From an uncultured Bacilli bacterium (GTDB lineage Bacteria > Bacillota_I > Bacilli_A > RF39 > UBA660): a DNA stretch of 64,000 nt. The notes below the pieces were generated by a model. The model was not told where the DNA came from. It was given only the letters and a program-made list of their open reading frames with translations, and ran no database searches. Shown piece after piece: positions 8,855 through 18,671 of this stretch. The stretch's first letter is position 1. Every line of letters begins with the position of its first letter. The stretch covers positions 6,441 to 70,440 of the forward strand of contig CALVXO010000005.1 of assembly GCA_944371325.1 (NCBI GenBank), given 5' to 3'. The position numbers and the translations under genes are program-made.

Positions 8855-8872
8855 TATATAGCACGCTATATA
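8855..8872. promoter_or_regulatory. inverted repeat, candidate MarR operator
   Basis: The sequence TATATAGCacGCTATATA has 8-bp arms and a 2-bp centre. It lies directly upstream of the marR SD. Confidence 0.3.
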
Positions 8873-8998
8873 ATTATATGCAATTATAAATTTAATGTCA
8901 ATACTATTTTTGACTAATTAAAAAAAATATGATATATTTTAAAAAATATGCAATAAAATGATATTCATAATTGTTATTATATTGAGAGGAGTAAAAAA

Positions 8999-9508
8999 AT
9001 GGAAGTTAGTGACTACTTAGAACGAATTGCAATGAAAGATATTGAAGCATTTAATGAACTATATAACTTAATAAATAATAATGTTTATAGTTTTGCTCTT
9101 AGTATTTTAAAAAACAACGAAGATGCTTTAGATGTTATGCAAGAAGTTTTTATTACAATTTATCACAATGCTTTTAAATATCAAAATCAAAATAAACCAA
9201 TGGCTTGGATTTTAACAATTACTAAAAATATTGCCTACAATAAAATTAAAAGTAACAAAAAAACAATTAATGTTGATGAAATTGAATTTATATCAAAACC
9301 TAATCATGATGATAAAATATTGATAGAATATTTACTAAATAATTTAAATGACGATGAAAGAAATATTGTTATCTTACATGCAATGAATGGATTTAAATTT
9401 CATGAGATTGCTAAGATTTTAGATTTAAAATTAACTACTACTCTCTCTAAATATCATAGAGCAATCAAAAAATTAAAAGAACTTACAAAGGAGGGAAAAA
9501 ATGAATAG
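8999..9508 (+). CDS. ECF-type sigma-70 family RNA polymerase sigma factor
   Basis: Region 2 reads ALDVMQEVFITIY. The region 4 HTH reads ILHAMNGFKFHEIAKILDLKLTTTLSKYHRAIKKLK. Size is 169 aa. Confidence 0.85.
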   Translation: MEVSDYLERIAMKDIEAFNELYNLINNNVYSFALSILKNNEDALDVMQEVFITIYHNAFKYQNQNKPMAWILTITKNIAYNKIKSNKKTINVDEIEFISKPNHDDKILIEYLLNNLNDDERNIVILHAMNGFKFHEIAKILDLKLTTTLSKYHRAIKKLKELTKEGKNE

Positions 9509-10859
9509 TATTGAAAAAAGAATTAATAAAAATTTAAATAATATTAAACTTCCTAAGTTCGATTTAAATAATTTAGAAAAGAAAGGATATGTTTATATGG
9601 AAAAGAAAAGAAAATTGCCTATTATGGCGACAATCAGTACACTTTGTGTAATATGCTTATTGTTTATAGGGGGATTATATTATAATAATAATTATAAAGT
9701 TACATCAAAAGTAGGAATCGATGTTAATCCAAGTGTTGAATTAAAAATCAATCAAAAAGAAAAAGTTTTAGAAGTTATCGCTAATAATGAAGATGGAGAA
9801 AAAATTATTAGTGATATGGATTTAAAAGGTAGTGATATTAATGTAGCTGTTAATGCTTTAATTGGTTCTATGGTTAAAAATGGATATATTAATGAATTAG
9901 CTAATTCAATTTTAATATCAGTTGAAAATAATGATAATACTAAAGCAGAAAATTTAAGACAAGAAATTTTAAATCAAATTAATATGGAAAATATTTCAAT
10001 TATTAGTCAAACTGTTAACGAAGAAAAAGAATTAACTGATTTAGCTAACCAATATAATATTTCTTTAGGTAAAGTTAAAATAATAAAACAAATAATGGCT
10101 AATAATAATTTATTAACTTTTGATCAATTAGCTGATTTATCTATTAATGAATTAAATTTAATTTTAAAAGATAATGAAAATACTACTGGTAATGCCAGTC
10201 AAAAAGCTTATATTGGTGAAGAAAAAGCTAAAGAGATTGCTTTAGATCATGCTAATGTTACTAATATAACTAATTATAAAATTGAATTAGATTTTGATGA
10301 TGTTATGGTTTATGAAATCGAATTTAAAGCAAATAATAAAGAATACGATTATGAAATTAATGCTTTAACTGGCGATATAATCGAATATGAAATCGATAAT
10401 AACGAAGTTTCAAACAACAATTCAAATAATAGTTCAAATAATAATTCAAACAATACAACAACTGATAAAATAACTAAAGACGAAGCTAAGCAAATTGCTT
10501 TAGATCATGCTAATGTTACTAATATAACTAATTATGAAATTGAATTAGATGATAATAAATATGAAATCGAATTTAAAGCAAATAATAAAGAATATGATTA
10601 TGAAATAAATGCTACCACTGGCAAAATAATCAAATATTCTATTGATAATAATTATAAAGAACCTAATCCTGTAATTAGTAAAGATGAAGCTAAGCAAATC
10701 GCTTTAAATCATGCTAATGTTACTAATATAACTAATTATGAAATTGAGCTAGATGACAATAAATATGAAATTGAATTTAATGCTAATAATAAAGAATATA
10801 GTTATGAAATAAATGCTACTACAGGAAAAATTATTGAATATGAAATAGACACTGATTAA
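9501..10859 (+). CDS. membrane anti-sigma factor candidate with three extracytoplasmic PepSY-like repeats
   Basis: Overlaps the sigma gene by 8 nt (ATGAATAG). Has a single TM helix (ATISTLCVICLLFIGGLYY). Carries three copies of the unit KDEAKQIALDHANVTNITNYEIELDD..YEIEF.ANNKEYDYEINA.TG.II.YEID. Confidence 0.65.
   Translation: MNSIEKRINKNLNNIKLPKFDLNNLEKKGYVYMEKKRKLPIMATISTLCVICLLFIGGLYYNNNYKVTSKVGIDVNPSVELKINQKEKVLEVIANNEDGEKIISDMDLKGSDINVAVNALIGSMVKNGYINELANSILISVENNDNTKAENLRQEILNQINMENISIISQTVNEEKELTDLANQYNISLGKVKIIKQIMANNNLLTFDQLADLSINELNLILKDNENTTGNASQKAYIGEEKAKEIALDHANVTNITNYKIELDFDDVMVYEIEFKANNKEYDYEINALTGDIIEYEIDNNEVSNNNSNNSSNNNSNNTTTDKITKDEAKQIALDHANVTNITNYEIELDDNKYEIEFKANNKEYDYEINATTGKIIKYSIDNNYKEPNPVISKDEAKQIALNHANVTNITNYEIELDDNKYEIEFNANNKEYSYEINATTGKIIEYEIDTD
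10204..10856 (+). repeat. three in-frame tandem coding repeats (~180-190 bp each, PepSY-like units) separated by Asn/Ser-rich linkers
   Basis: Long near-identical DNA blocks (gctaagcaaattgctttagatcatgctaatgttactaatataactaattatgaaattgaatt...) recur at ~10225, ~10490 and ~10685. Confidence 0.8.
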
Positions 10860-10876
10860 TTCAGTGTCTATTTTTT
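10847..10876. terminator. bidirectional rho-independent terminator (anti-sigma gene / ffh)
   Basis: A perfect 9-bp stem, AGACACTGA (10847-10855) with TCAGTGTCT (10861-10869), has loop TTAAT and is followed by a T-run. It overlaps both stop codons. Confidence 0.65.
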
Positions 10877-12179
10877 AAAATGGCATTTTAAAATTACCAT
10901 TTTTAAATTGTTTCATTAATAATTTCATTTGTTCAAATTGTTTTAATAATCTATTTACTTCTTCAACACTTCTGCCACTACCTTTAGCAATTCTTTGTTT
11001 ACGACTTGCTTTTAAAACTTCAGGATGTTTTCTTTCATAAGGTGTCATTGATAAAATAATTGCTTCAATATGTAACATATCTTTAGGATTAATTTGAATA
11101 TTATTTAATCCCATCTTTTTAGCACCAGGCAACATTTTTAATATATTTTCTAAAGGTCCTAATTTCTTTATTTGTTTTAATTGGACTAAAAAATCTTCTA
11201 AATCAAAATTACCCTTTTGCATTTTTTTAGCTGATTCAACCGCTTCATCATCCATGATACCTTCTGCTTTTTCAATCATACTCATTATGTCACCCATATC
11301 TAAAATACGAGTAGCCATTCTTTCAGGATAAAATTCTTCTAAACCATCCATTTTTTCTGAAACACCAACAAATTTAATTGGAACATTAGTTAAATGTCTT
11401 ACTGATAATGCTACACCACCTTTAGTATCACCATCTAGTTTGGTTAATATAGCGCCGGTTAGTTCTAATTTATCATTAAAACCGGTTATAACATTAATAG
11501 CATCTTGTCCAGTCATAGAATCAACTACTAATAATATTTCATCTGGTTTTGCTATATCTTTTATATCATTTAATTCATCCATTAATGCTTCATCAATATG
11601 TAATCTACCTGCTGTATCAATTAATACATAATTAAAATTATTTTCTTTTGCATATTTAATAGCATTAGTAACTATTTCTCGTGGGTCTTTTTTACCTTCT
11701 TCATATACTTCAATATTTAGTTCTTTACCTATTTGTTTCAATTGATCAATAGCGGCTGGGCGATATACATCACAAGCTACTAACAATGGTTTTTTATTAT
11801 ATTTTTTTCTTAATAATAAACTTAATTTACCAATTGTTGTTGTTTTACCACTACCTTGTAAACCAACTAACATTAAAATATTTAAATCTTTATTAGTAAC
11901 TAAATCTTTTTTTTCACCACCTAGTAATTCAACTAATTCATCCTTTACGATTTTTATAAATAATTCACTAGGCTTCAAACTATTAGATACTTCTTCACCT
12001 AAGGCTTTTTCTTTAACATTATTAATAAATTCTTTTACAACTTGATAATTAACATCCGCTTCAAGTAAAGCAAGTCTTAATTCTCTTGTTATTTCACTAA
12101 TATTATCTTCAGTTATTTTTCCATAACCTTTTATTTTATTTACAACACTAGTTAATCTATCTCCTAAACTTTCAAACAT
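10875..12179 (-). CDS. ffh: signal recognition particle protein Ffh
   Basis: Has the NG domain motifs GLQGSGKTTT, DTAGR and TKLDGD, followed by a Met-rich M domain. Confidence 0.95.
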   Translation of the reverse strand: MFESLGDRLTSVVNKIKGYGKITEDNISEITRELRLALLEADVNYQVVKEFINNVKEKALGEEVSNSLKPSELFIKIVKDELVELLGGEKKDLVTNKDLNILMLVGLQGSGKTTTIGKLSLLLRKKYNKKPLLVACDVYRPAAIDQLKQIGKELNIEVYEEGKKDPREIVTNAIKYAKENNFNYVLIDTAGRLHIDEALMDELNDIKDIAKPDEILLVVDSMTGQDAINVITGFNDKLELTGAILTKLDGDTKGGVALSVRHLTNVPIKFVGVSEKMDGLEEFYPERMATRILDMGDIMSMIEKAEGIMDDEAVESAKKMQKGNFDLEDFLVQLKQIKKLGPLENILKMLPGAKKMGLNNIQINPKDMLHIEAIILSMTPYERKHPEVLKASRKQRIAKGSGRSVEEVNRLLKQFEQMKLLMKQFKNGNFKMPF

Positions 12180-12255
12180 TTATATCACCTTTTAAAATTA
12201 TACTATATTTAAATAAAAAAAGATAGTATACCTTTCTTTTTTATTGAAAAATATA

Positions 12256-12768
12256 CTATTTCAAAATAATAACTTTTTTACTACCATATTTTTTTTCCTT
12301 AATTATTTGATAATCTGTTTCAAATACTTCTTCTATTTCACATACTATAATACCATTTTCATTTAACAAATCATATTCTTTTATTTTATCTAATACTTTA
12401 CTCATTAAATTATCATGATAAGGAGGATCTAATAAAATAACATCAAATTTTATATCAAAAGATTTTAAGGCTTCAAAGCAATCTTTTTTAATAATTACTT
12501 TGTTATCTATTCCAATTGTATTTTTTTTAATTGTATCAATAGCTATTTTATTATTATCAACGAAATAACATATTTTAGCCCCATTACTTAACGCTTCAAT
12601 ACCTAAACTACCACTACCAGCAAATAAATCTAATACTATTTTATCTTTTAAATTATTTTGAATCATTGCAAACATAGATTCTTTTACTCGATCCATTGTA
12701 GGTCTAGTACCATTTATATTAAATCCATCTAATACTCTTCCTTTATATTTACCACTTATTACTCGCAT
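12256..12768 (-). CDS. rsmD: 16S rRNA (guanine966-N2)-methyltransferase RsmD
   Basis: Motifs MRVISGKYKGR, LDLFAGSGSLGIEALS and DPPY. Size is 170 aa. Confidence 0.85.
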   Translation of the reverse strand: MRVISGKYKGRVLDGFNINGTRPTMDRVKESMFAMIQNNLKDKIVLDLFAGSGSLGIEALSNGAKICYFVDNNKIAIDTIKKNTIGIDNKVIIKKDCFEALKSFDIKFDVILLDPPYHDNLMSKVLDKIKEYDLLNENGIIVCEIEEVFETDYQIIKEKKYGSKKVIILK

Positions 12769-12790
12769 ATAATCTCCTATGAAAAAAGTT

Positions 12791-14026
12791 CTATTTTTTT
12801 AGAACTTCTATTGCTTGACGCATTTTTAAATCGTATTTAACCATTTCTAAACCACCGAATAATTTTAAGAATTCATCTTTATCCATTTGATATTTAGTTG
12901 CTAAAGTTGTTGCTTCAGTTTCAGCTTGTTCATCTGTTACTTCAATATTTTCTTTTTTAGCAATTTCTTCTAACATTAAACGATAAGTAACACGGTTTTG
13001 TGCTTCTTCTCTCATTTGATCTCTTAAAGCTTGTTCATCACTATTAGTAAATTGATAGAACATTTCTAGAGTAATTCCTTGCATTTTTAAGTTTTCTTCA
13101 TATTGTTTAATAATACGATCTATTTCTTCATTAATCATTACTTCAGGAATATCTATTTTAGTATTTTTAGCAGCTTTTTCTAATAATTCATCGATATATT
13201 TATTATCAGCTTCAGCTTCTTTTCTTGCTTTAATATTTTCTTCTAATTGTTTTTCTAAAGCTTCTTTAGAATCAATTCCTTCCATACCTAAATCATCAAA
13301 GAAATCTTTATCTAATTCTGGTAATTTTTGTTCTTTAATTTCTTTAACTTTTACTTTAAATACAACAGGTTTTCCTTTTAAATCTTCAGCATGATAATCA
13401 TCTGGGAAAGTTACATTAATATCTTTTTCTTCACCTTTTTCCATACCGATTACTTGTTCTTCGAATCCTGGAATAAATGTATTACTTCCGATTTTTAATG
13501 AATAATCTTCACCTTTTCCACCATCAAATGCTACGCCATCTTTAAATCCTTCAAAATCGATAACAGCGATATCACCGTTTTCTACTTTACCTTCTTTATC
13601 GATATTTTCAATATATCTTTCTTGCATTTGTTTAATAGCTTCACTTACTTCTTTTTTAGTAACTTTTACTTCTTCTTTTTTAACACCTAAATCAGTATAT
13701 TTACCTAATTTTACTTCTGGCTTTAAAGTTAAGTTAAATTTAAATTCTACATATTCATCTGTAACAGCTGAAACATTTACTTCTGGTTGAGCAACGATAA
13801 CATCGTCTCCATTTTTTTCTAACATCATTTCATATGCTTTATTTAAGCTTTCTTCTGCTGCTTCCATATAAATACTAGTCATACCATATTTTTTAATATA
13901 AATTTCTTTTGGTGCTTTACCTGGTCTAAAGCCATCTATTTTAGCATCTTTATTTAATTTTTTAAATGCTTTATCCATTGCTTTTTGCCATTCTTCACCA
14001 TCAATTTTAATAATAACTTCTTTCAT
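12791..14026 (-). CDS. tig: trigger factor
   Basis: N-terminal GFRPGKAPK motif, a central FKBP-like block (IAVIDFEGFKDGVAFDGG), and 411 aa. SD is AAGGAGG. Confidence 0.95.
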   Translation of the reverse strand: MKEVIIKIDGEEWQKAMDKAFKKLNKDAKIDGFRPGKAPKEIYIKKYGMTSIYMEAAEESLNKAYEMMLEKNGDDVIVAQPEVNVSAVTDEYVEFKFNLTLKPEVKLGKYTDLGVKKEEVKVTKKEVSEAIKQMQERYIENIDKEGKVENGDIAVIDFEGFKDGVAFDGGKGEDYSLKIGSNTFIPGFEEQVIGMEKGEEKDINVTFPDDYHAEDLKGKPVVFKVKVKEIKEQKLPELDKDFFDDLGMEGIDSKEALEKQLEENIKARKEAEADNKYIDELLEKAAKNTKIDIPEVMINEEIDRIIKQYEENLKMQGITLEMFYQFTNSDEQALRDQMREEAQNRVTYRLMLEEIAKKENIEVTDEQAETEATTLATKYQMDKDEFLKLFGGLEMVKYDLKMRQAIEVLKK

Positions 14027-14054
14027 TATAATCCTCCTTCAAAGTTCAATAAAT

Positions 14055-14083
14055 AGTATATAATATTTATTTTTTATTTTCAA
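14055..14083 (-). promoter_or_regulatory. candidate sigma-A promoter for tig
   Basis: The minus strand reads TTGAAA (14078-14083), a 17-nt spacer, then TATACT (14055-14060). Confidence 0.4.
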
Positions 14084-14093
14084 GTAAAATCTT

Positions 14094-14115
14094 AAAAAAA
14101 CATCTATTAAGATGT
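14094..14115 (-). terminator. rho-independent terminator after greA
   Basis: The minus strand reads ACATCT-TAAT-AGATGT followed by TTTTTTT. Confidence 0.5.
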
Positions 14116-14119
14116 AATT

Positions 14120-14593
14120 TTAAAATATTTCAATAATTTTAACATTGTATGTTCCATTTGGACTATCAACTGCTACAACATCATTAACTTTAGCGCCTAT
14201 TATAGCTTTTGCTATAGGAGATTCATTAGATATTTTATTTGCAAATGGATCTGCTTCCGTACTACCAACTATTGAATAAGTTTCAACATCGCCATCTTCA
14301 ACATACTCTATTTTTACACTATTTCCAATAGTTACCTTATCTGTTGTAACTTCATCAATTACTTTAGCTTTTTCAATTAAAACTTCTAATTCCTTAATTC
14401 TATTTTCAGTAATTGCTTGGTCATTTCTAGCTGCATCATATTCTGCATTTTCTGATAAATCACCTAAAGCTCTTGCTTCTTTTAAAGCATTGATAACTTC
14501 TGGTCTTTTTTCATTAATTAGATAATCTAATTCATTTTTCATATCTTCTAAACCTTTAGCAGTTACATAAACTTCTTTTGTCATTTTATTCAC
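14120..14593 (-). CDS. greA: transcription elongation factor GreA
   Basis: Contains the GreA signature GDLSENAEYDAA in the coiled coil, plus a C-terminal globular domain. Size is 157 aa. Confidence 0.95.
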   Translation of the reverse strand: MNKMTKEVYVTAKGLEDMKNELDYLINEKRPEVINALKEARALGDLSENAEYDAARNDQAITENRIKELEVLIEKAKVIDEVTTDKVTIGNSVKIEYVEDGDVETYSIVGSTEADPFANKISNESPIAKAIIGAKVNDVVAVDSPNGTYNVKIIEIF

Positions 14594-14630
14594 CTCTTCT
14601 TAAGTCTACAAAATAATACTATATTTTTTT

Positions 14631-15818
14631 TTATTTGTCAACCTTAATTCGCATTAAATCATTTTTATTTAACTCAAAATCAGTTTTTAAATAAACTATT
14701 TGTTTAGGATGTCTAACAATTTCAATTAAATTGTTATCTTCATCATAAATTTCATCTACTTGATATGTATTTATTTTATTTGGACCAAAAAATTCAACAA
14801 TATCACCTTTCTTAAAATAGTTTCTTTGTTCAATAGTAGCAATTTTAGTATCTTTATTATAATCTAATACTACACCTAAAAAATCTTGATTAGATATTTC
14901 GATTCGATTATTATAGTAACTACAATTTTTACCATAATTACCATCAAAAAACTGAACAATACTATCTCTATTTGCTACTCTAGATAGTATATTCTCGTAA
15001 GTTAAATTGTATACATAATTTTTATTATAATAATCATCAATTGCTTTTCGATAAATATTTACAACTGTTGCAATATAATAAATTGATCTCATTCTTCCTT
15101 CTATTTTTAAAGAAGTTACACCCATATCACATATTTCATTTATATGTTTTAATAAAGATAAATCTTTTGAACAAAAAGTAAAGTTTTTATCTCCTTTAAT
15201 TATATTTTTGTTTTCATCTAATAAATCAAAATCCCAACGACATATTTGACTACAACCACCACGATTAGCATCTCTATTAGTTAAATAATTTGATAATACG
15301 CATCTACCACTATAGCTTGCGCACATTGCTCCATGAATAAATATTTCAACTTCTAAGCCAACTTTTTTTATAATTTCGATATCTTCTTTTGTTGCTTCTC
15401 TGCCTAATACTACTCTAGTTGCACCTAAATCTTTTAAATATTCAACAGCTTCATAATTTAAAGTTGATTGTTGGGTAGATATATGAACTTCTAAGTTGGT
15501 ATGCTTTTTAGCTAAATTTACTACTGTTAAATCACTAACTATAATGGCATCTACTTTTATTTCATCTAATTGTTTTAAATAATCAATTAAAAATTTTATT
15601 TCTTTATTATGTAATACAATATTAACAGTGACATATACTTTTTTATTTAAAGAATGAGCGAATTCTACACCTTCTTTTAATTGTTCTAATGTAAAATTAA
15701 TAGCATTCGCCCTTAATCCAAATAATTGTCCACCTAAATATACTGCATCTGCTCCATATAATAAAGCAAATTTTAATCTTTCTAAATCACCTGCTGGCGC
15801 TAATAATTCTGGTTTCAT
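14631..15818 (-). CDS. peptidase U32 family protein (YrrO/TrhP2-like)
   Basis: Carries the U32 signature EIFIHGAMCASYSGRCVLS. Starts MKPELLAPAGD. Sits upstream of greA, as yrrO does in Bacillus. Confidence 0.85.
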   Translation of the reverse strand: MKPELLAPAGDLERLKFALLYGADAVYLGGQLFGLRANAINFTLEQLKEGVEFAHSLNKKVYVTVNIVLHNKEIKFLIDYLKQLDEIKVDAIIVSDLTVVNLAKKHTNLEVHISTQQSTLNYEAVEYLKDLGATRVVLGREATKEDIEIIKKVGLEVEIFIHGAMCASYSGRCVLSNYLTNRDANRGGCSQICRWDFDLLDENKNIIKGDKNFTFCSKDLSLLKHINEICDMGVTSLKIEGRMRSIYYIATVVNIYRKAIDDYYNKNYVYNLTYENILSRVANRDSIVQFFDGNYGKNCSYYNNRIEISNQDFLGVVLDYNKDTKIATIEQRNYFKKGDIVEFFGPNKINTYQVDEIYDEDNNLIEIVRHPKQIVYLKTDFELNKNDLMRIKVDK

Positions 15819-16640
15819 TTATTTCACCTTATAAACAGTTTCATTATAGAAAAAGCCCTTTCCTAAATTATTAAATAAATTATTTAATTCACTATCTAAT
15901 TGTTCAACATTGTCATTATTTATTTCATTAAATATATCCAATACTTTACTAAATTTATCCTCATCAATTAAAAAACTATTTAAAACAATATAATCATAAT
16001 CTAATAATAATTTTTCTTTTAAACCATTTAAAATAAAATCAGTATAAACAATAGTTTCGTTATTATCAACTAAAGGATAAACATGACCTTCTTTTTCCAT
16101 ATAATTTATTTTAGAATCATCTTTTAAATTAAATGTTTCTAAATAGTTTTTAACTAAATGTCTTCTTGATACAAACATAGGTAAATATCCAAATAAAGTA
16201 ACCATTAATTTTGATTTAGTATTTTCTTTTATCTCTTTCATTTCTCTTAAAGTAATATCATTAGATACCCAAGTATATTTAATATTTTTATCATACCAAA
16301 AATTAATAGTGTTATAATTAGTTGTCATATGTTCTTGACTCCATACCAAATCATAATTTAAATTTAATTTTCTAGCCAAATTAGGTATACTTAAATCATA
16401 AAATATAACACCTTTAATATGGTAATTATTTAATTTAATTAAAGTTTCTTTTAAATAATCTATATCACTATTATGCATATTTTTATTTAAACAAACAAAT
16501 ACTTCTTTATCTATATTTTTTAAATCTTCTAATTCAAAATAAGCTGGCATATTAACACTTAAACCTTTAATACCAATAATAACCCCATCACATTTTAAAT
16601 TAACTTGATCCAAATTAGAAATCATAATTAAAGTTTTCAT
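15819..16640 (-). CDS. peptidase U32 family protein (YrrN/TrhP1-like partner)
   Basis: Abuts the downstream U32 gene with a 0-nt gap. I place the start at ATG 16638-16640 after SD GGTGAT. The call rests on pairing and order as in Bacillus yrrN-yrrO; sequence motifs are weaker. Confidence 0.7.
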   Translation of the reverse strand: MKTLIMISNLDQVNLKCDGVIIGIKGLSVNMPAYFELEDLKNIDKEVFVCLNKNMHNSDIDYLKETLIKLNNYHIKGVIFYDLSIPNLARKLNLNYDLVWSQEHMTTNYNTINFWYDKNIKYTWVSNDITLREMKEIKENTKSKLMVTLFGYLPMFVSRRHLVKNYLETFNLKDDSKINYMEKEGHVYPLVDNNETIVYTDFILNGLKEKLLLDYDYIVLNSFLIDEDKFSKVLDIFNEINNDNVEQLDSELNNLFNNLGKGFFYNETVYKVK

Positions 16641-16671
16641 TAAAATCACCGGTTATATTATATCATAATTT

Positions 16672-16706
16672 TACAAAATAAATGCCCATGAAAATCATGA
16701 GCATTT
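16672..16706 (-). terminator. hairpin terminator ~210 nt downstream of the 284-aa repeat protein gene
   Basis: A 12-bp stem with one mismatch (AAATGCCCATGA with TCATGAGCATTT) and a 3-nt loop. On the minus strand it is followed by ATTTTGT. Confidence 0.45.
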
Positions 16707-16918
16707 AAATAATTTCACAATGTTTTTACAATTTGAATATAATATTAATAGATAATGATTGAATATTTTATAAATTAATATAGTTCCTTTTTTGGTTGAA
16801 CAATTAAATATAAATTTAAGTTTATCATTTAATTTGTATATAATTACATTATTAATTATATGCTTATAATTATATACTTTAAATAATGTACTTTGTCCTA
16901 TTAATAAAATATTTTCAT

Positions 16919-17773
16919 TTAAGCTAACTTTGCTTTAACAAAATAATCTCCTTCAACAACATTTCCAAACATATACTTACCAAGTGCATTTGTATATGTA
17001 ACTGCTACTAGAGTTTCTACACCATCTACCATTTTATATAATCCAACAAATGCATTAGAAACAACTGATCCAAGTTCATTTTTAACAATACCTGAAACAG
17101 TACTATTAATAGCTCCGATTAAACTTGTTAAATTTGTAGAAGCATTAAACATTGTTCCGTTAGATAATATAATATTATTTATATTTAGTGTTTGATATCC
17201 AGCTTTATTAAATACCACTTCATATGTACCATCTTCAATTTTATCTAATACATATTCACCATCAGCAATACTTTTTGAAGTTGCTATTAAAGTTTTTTCT
17301 TCTCCATTAACTTTATATAAAGCAACCTCAACATTATCAATTGGAAGATTAGTTATTGAATCTCTTAATATACCATAAACAATATTTTTATTAATAATAT
17401 CATTATTTATTATGGCTAAATTAATTGTTACAGGCAAAGCATTAGATATAGTTAAAAGTGTATCGATAGATAAATAATTTCCATCTTTTACAGCGGCTAT
17501 AGTATAAATTCCAATTGGTAAATCACTTATAGTATAACTACCATCATCTGCTGTAATTGTATGCGCAAATGGGGTACCATCAGCATTAAATACTTTTACA
17601 GTTGCTCCTGGAACAACATTACCAGTTAATACATTTGTATCATAAACAATACCATTAACACTTCCAGTAGTAGACATTGAAGGTGGAGTTAAATTAAGAT
17701 TAATGTCTGCTTCATTGTTATTTGCTAATGTAAAATTAGTAGATACATTTAATTTTAAAATATCATTGTTCAT
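16919..17773 (-). CDS. protein with three carboxypeptidase-regulatory-like (prealbumin/Cna-B-like) beta-sandwich repeats
   Basis: Has three units of the form G.V.D......pi..a.V.ly...G......t.Td..G.Y.f..l..G.Y.v.a.k.GY. The ATG at 17771-17773 follows SD GGGAGGTG. I see no signal peptide. Confidence 0.5.
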   Translation of the reverse strand: MNNDILKLNVSTNFTLANNNEADINLNLTPPSMSTTGSVNGIVYDTNVLTGNVVPGATVKVFNADGTPFAHTITADDGSYTISDLPIGIYTIAAVKDGNYLSIDTLLTISNALPVTINLAIINNDIINKNIVYGILRDSITNLPIDNVEVALYKVNGEEKTLIATSKSIADGEYVLDKIEDGTYEVVFNKAGYQTLNINNIILSNGTMFNASTNLTSLIGAINSTVSGIVKNELGSVVSNAFVGLYKMVDGVETLVAVTYTNALGKYMFGNVVEGDYFVKAKLA

Positions 17774-17873
17774 TTTTTCACCTCCCAATATAATATATTA
17801 AGTGTTTTAAAAATAAACAATTATATTTATACTATCAAAATAAAGATAATTAAAAAAAAGCATTCAAAATGCT

Positions 17874-18602
17874 TTATTTTTTAATACGATATCTTTTTAA
17901 AATATACTTATTAACAATTGTCCAAGTGATACTTCCAAATATGAAATATACTATAAAATTAATTATAAATCTTTGATAATTAAATCCTTTGATTTCTTGA
18001 GTTCCTTCAGTAAATCCACCTTCTACATATTGAATTCCATCTCCTGAAACAACAATACTATCTATTACATTTTCAATTTGTGCTATTTCATCATTTGTAA
18101 ATAGAGATGCTTTTCTAAAAGTAAAGAAGTAACATCTATAATCCACAAATAAAGCATACTCAATAAAATATATTTTTTCATTCTCATCAATATAATCATA
18201 TGTTATATATTTATAATTACTTTCATATAATTCATAATTTTCTACACCTCTTTCTTCAGCTAGTAAAGATGCATATTCTTTAAATTCTTCTAAATTCATT
18301 GGACGAGCGGCATCTGCTTTTTTACCATTAGTAGTAATAAACAGTTCAATTCCTAAATCATCATCTCTTTCATTAATTGCATAAAGATAGATTAAATTAT
18401 CTTTTAAATTTTTTTGCAACAAATCATAATCTAAATCATATTTAACTAAAAAATAATCATTTCTATCACTTTCTCGTGTAAAAACATCCCAATTTTTATC
18501 AAAAGACATTGTAATACCATATTCTTTAATTTCAAAATTTTCACCAAAAACAATTACAGGACATAATAAAAATAAAACAACAACAAATAATAACTTTCTC
18601 AT
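17874..18602 (-). CDS. hypothetical exported protein with C-terminal membrane anchor
   Basis: N-terminal signal peptide MRKLLFVVVLFLLCPVIVFG and C-terminal TM helix FIINFIVYFIFGSITWTIV. No family recognised. Confidence 0.5.
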   Translation of the reverse strand: MRKLLFVVVLFLLCPVIVFGENFEIKEYGITMSFDKNWDVFTRESDRNDYFLVKYDLDYDLLQKNLKDNLIYLYAINERDDDLGIELFITTNGKKADAARPMNLEEFKEYASLLAEERGVENYELYESNYKYITYDYIDENEKIYFIEYALFVDYRCYFFTFRKASLFTNDEIAQIENVIDSIVVSGDGIQYVEGGFTEGTQEIKGFNYQRFIINFIVYFIFGSITWTIVNKYILKRYRIKK

Positions 18603-18642
18603 AATACCACCTTACTTTATATTAAGTATATCATAAATTTTC

Positions 18643-18671
18643 AAAGAAAAAAATGCTTATTCAGCATTTTT
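18643..18671 (-). terminator. rho-independent terminator after spoVG
   Basis: The minus strand reads AAAAATGC-TGAATAA-GCATTTTT followed by TTC. It overlaps the spoVG stop. Confidence 0.45.

Noticed and set aside
10204-10856. Regularly spaced ~185-bp repeats considered as a CRISPR-like or satellite array
   Set aside because: The repeats are far longer than CRISPR repeats and are in frame. They encode repeated PepSY-like protein units inside one ORF.
11440-11631. 63-aa plus-strand ORF inside ffh
   Set aside because: It is an antisense shadow ORF within the conserved Ffh G domain.
16657-16665. Extended -10 element (TGaTATAAT, minus strand) as promoter of the U32 operon
   Set aside because: It lies only ~17 nt from the start codon, so the transcript would begin at or inside the SD. 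No acceptable -35 is present. The match may be a chance one in AT-rich DNA.
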